Origin: a virus
Lineage: Duplodnaviria > Caudoviricetes
Direction: 5' to 3' (one strand)
Virus record (IMG/VR): IMGVR_UViG_3300005512_000295
Span: 1 to 25,714 of that record
Length of the DNA: 25,714 nt
The notes under the pieces are model-generated. The model saw only the letters and a program-made list of their open reading frames with translations. It did no database searches and was not told where the DNA came from. This document shows positions 23,707 through 25,714 of this stretch, piece after piece. Each line of letters starts with the position of its first letter. The first letter of the stretch is position 1. The translations under genes and the position numbers were made by a program.

Positions 23707-24302
23707 CCTGTAATTGTATCATAGATTTCTTTCCAATTCAATACACGAGTCACGCCTTCGTTGATCTCTTCATCTTCGTTGTGCGCGTGGTTCATTAGAA
23801 TCGCAGTGAGTCCCACCGCGTCACCAAGGTTAGCATTCTCTGGTTTGTCTTCCACCCAATAGCATTCGGTGTCACGATACTCTTCCAATGCTTCGTCCTT
23901 ATCAGCACCAGTGTCGAGATAGACATACTTTTCAAACACAGTCTCACCGAACAACTCGCGGAGGTTCTTTGTCCGCAGATGTTGTGCATACTGATCATTA
24001 CTCAGACTGGTAATCGCGTGAAACACATAACCATGTTCTTCGTGCAACTTCTTCACATACTTGATTGCATCACGTAGAGGAGGCAACTTCCGAATCTGTG
24101 CGCTCTCGTTAAACATCCGAACGAGTCGTTTCGCATCTGGTTTTGCCATCGCATACCGTTCGTGAATCTTGTACATATCGAAACCGTCTTGGCACATCGC
24201 GTAACCGTGCCGAGTCATCCAACCGTGAAAGGCATACTCCCAATCAAGGAGTACGCCATCACAGTCTACGAGGATTGTTTTTTCTTTTGTCGCGTAAGTC
24301 AT
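23703..24302 (-). CDS. HAD-family 5'(3')-deoxyribonucleotidase-like protein (T4 30.2-like)
   Basis: LVDCDGVL and WVEDK motifs; likely start ATG 24302 after AAGGA. Confidence 0.8.
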   Translation of the reverse strand: MTYATKEKTILVDCDGVLLDWEYAFHGWMTRHGYAMCQDGFDMYKIHERYAMAKPDAKRLVRMFNESAQIRKLPPLRDAIKYVKKLHEEHGYVFHAITSLSNDQYAQHLRTKNLRELFGETVFEKYVYLDTGADKDEALEEYRDTECYWVEDKPENANLGDAVGLTAILMNHAHNEDEEINEGVTRVLNWKEIYDTITG

Positions 24303-24315
24303 TCTATTCCTTTCA

Positions 24316-24654
24316 TCATAAGTAGTTAGCACCCGTCCATTCAACGCGGGTGTTGTCGAGGTCAAAGATGTTGCCTCGTGCTTTGTTCCGTGCAGGTTTG
24401 TTGTAACCTGCCGCCATCAGAATGTCACCTTTCTTAAAGATTTTGTCTTCATCAGTCGCGACAATGAAACCCCAAACACTGCGGTTCTGAATGATACGAA
24501 TGTATTTGCGACCTTCAGTGAAATCGATTTTATCTGCAAACTCTTGCATCATCACTTTGTTGTGTTCGCTCAACTCACCTTTAGCAACACGGAAAGTCCA
24601 CTGGTTGTAGTCTTCGACAATGCGGTTCATCAGGTTTTGGATTGCTTCGTTCAT
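24316..24654 (-). CDS. Conserved early hypothetical protein
   Basis: GRKYIRI...KGDILMAAGYNKPARNKARGNI; GAGGT SD. Confidence 0.75.
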   Translation of the reverse strand: MNEAIQNLMNRIVEDYNQWTFRVAKGELSEHNKVMMQEFADKIDFTEGRKYIRIIQNRSVWGFIVATDEDKIFKKGDILMAAGYNKPARNKARGNIFDLDNTRVEWTGANYL

Positions 24655-24684
24655 AATGTTACCTCTCTCTCAATCAACATAGGT

Positions 24685-24765
24685 AGTATATCAAACTGAG
24701 AGAAAAGGTCAACACATTTTTTCAATTATTTTTAACTTTTTTTCTTGTTTAGAATCAACAAGTTG
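24685..24765 (-). promoter_or_regulatory. Early promoter with upstream IHF box
   Basis: TTGACC 24712-24707, 16-bp spacer, TGn-TATACT; AATCAA-CAAG-TTG at 24753-24765. Confidence 0.7.
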
Positions 24766-24773
24766 CAGAAGTT

Positions 24774-25238
24774 TTATGAATTAATTCCCTCAGAGTAAAC
24801 TGTTTTACCATCTACACGAGATGCAGTCAGAATAGACTTACGGTTATCACCATCTGCTTTGTAGGATACATGAACCCAACCAGAGTCTGGAATACCCGGT
24901 GTGTAGAACTCAAGGATAACTTGGTCAAAGTCGAGGTTCTCGACAATCCAGTTAGCGAGATCAGCATTTGCTACTCCCGGTACTTCGATGTCTGCCGCTT
25001 GTCCTTTGCAATGTTGGGACTTACTGCTTCCACCAACAGCAGCATTAAGATCAGGGGAACGATACCCAGAATTGATAACAGTAGGACCAAAGTGATCACG
25101 AACTGGTTGAACGACATTTTCAAAAAGTGCGACTGCCGCATCCATGTGGTCTCCTTCTGGAGTGTTGTCGATACCCTTGCGTTCCGCAGTTTGTGATTTA
25201 GTAAACTCTGCGAGACTAAAATTCTTAGATAGTTTCAT
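24774..25238 (-). CDS. Peptidase M15A family protein (candidate endolysin)
   Basis: SGYRS...SQHCKGQAAD...WVHVS; likely start ATG 25238 after AGGAG. Confidence 0.88.
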   Translation of the reverse strand: MKLSKNFSLAEFTKSQTAERKGIDNTPEGDHMDAAVALFENVVQPVRDHFGPTVINSGYRSPDLNAAVGGSSKSQHCKGQAADIEVPGVANADLANWIVENLDFDQVILEFYTPGIPDSGWVHVSYKADGDNRKSILTASRVDGKTVYSEGINS

Positions 25239-25254
25239 GTTTTCTCCTATAGTC

Positions 25255-25277
25255 AAAAAGGGGACTTTGCGTCCCCT
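25255..25277 (-). terminator. Rho-independent terminator after hsp20
   Basis: GGGGAC-GCAAA-GTCCCC followed by TTTTT. Confidence 0.8.
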
Positions 25278-25281
25278 CTAT

Positions 25282-25714
25282 TTATTTGATTGAGATTTGC
25301 TTACGCTGTGACTCTGGAATGAGTCGCTCCAAAGTGATTCGGAGTAAACCGTTAATCATCTCTGCGTTTTGGACTTCGACTGAATCGTTGAGTGTAAACA
25401 TGCGCGTGAATGGACGTAATGCCAAACCTTGATACAAGGTGTCAACATCTGCTTCATCATTCTCAGCATTACCTTTGACGACCAGTTTATCGCCTTCCGT
25501 TTCGATAGTAACATCGGACTTACCGAATCCTGCGACTGCCATTTCGATGACATAAGTGTTCTCCGCAGTTTTCTTAATGTTGAATGGGGGATAGTTAGGA
25601 ATGTTCTTCGTTGCATTGTCGTGAAATTTCTGCATCTCATCGAACATCTTGTCATAACCGACAAAGAATTGATCAAACCCTTTAGGGAATGTTATACCAA
25701 ATTTTTCAATTGCA
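25282..25714 (-). CDS. hsp20: Small heat shock protein Hsp20/IbpA-like, 5' end outside the window
   Basis: NYPPFNI...IEMAVAGF...NGLLRI; the frame stays open to the window edge. Confidence 0.93.
   Translation of the reverse strand, partial: AIEKFGITFPKGFDQFFVGYDKMFDEMQKFHDNATKNIPNYPPFNIKKTAENTYVIEMAVAGFGKSDVTIETEGDKLVVKGNAENDEADVDTLYQGLALRPFTRMFTLNDSVEVQNAEMINGLLRITLERLIPESQRKQISIK

Noticed and set aside
133-25196. All + strand ORFs in the track
   Set aside because: They are antisense shadows of well-supported minus-strand genes or RNAs, with no recognisable motifs.

Overview
A 25.7-kb segment of a T4-like (Tevenvirinae-like) myophage genome, probably marine with a proteobacterial host. All credible genes are on the minus strand. 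In transcription order (right to left): Hsp20, M15 peptidase/endolysin, early hypotheticals, HAD nucleotidase, a family-B DNA polymerase split into gp43A and gp43B around a small Sm-like gene, DUF2061, UvsX, gp40 and gp41 helicase. Next come an early-gene island (SprT-like protease, putative restriction endonuclease plus NPPY methyltransferase) and a non-coding RNA cluster (candidate 75-nt sRNA, tRNA-Asn, HNH endonuclease, tRNA-Cys, a ~155-nt tRNA-like RNA). A late block follows (PD-(D/E)XK-like nuclease, KxDG ligase-like protein, glycosyltransferase, two large modular proteins punctuated by EEVELDE-type motifs, structural proteins, spanins, holin-like protein), then the start of the gp61 primase. 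The most notable signals are: apparent total absence of RGCY; a candidate anti-Shine-Dalgarno sRNA complementary to the phage's own early leaders; putative protease-processed cargo polyproteins; phased IHF boxes at early promoters; and several promoter-inside-hairpin timing switches. All assignments come from reading motifs by eye; no database search or folding program was run.
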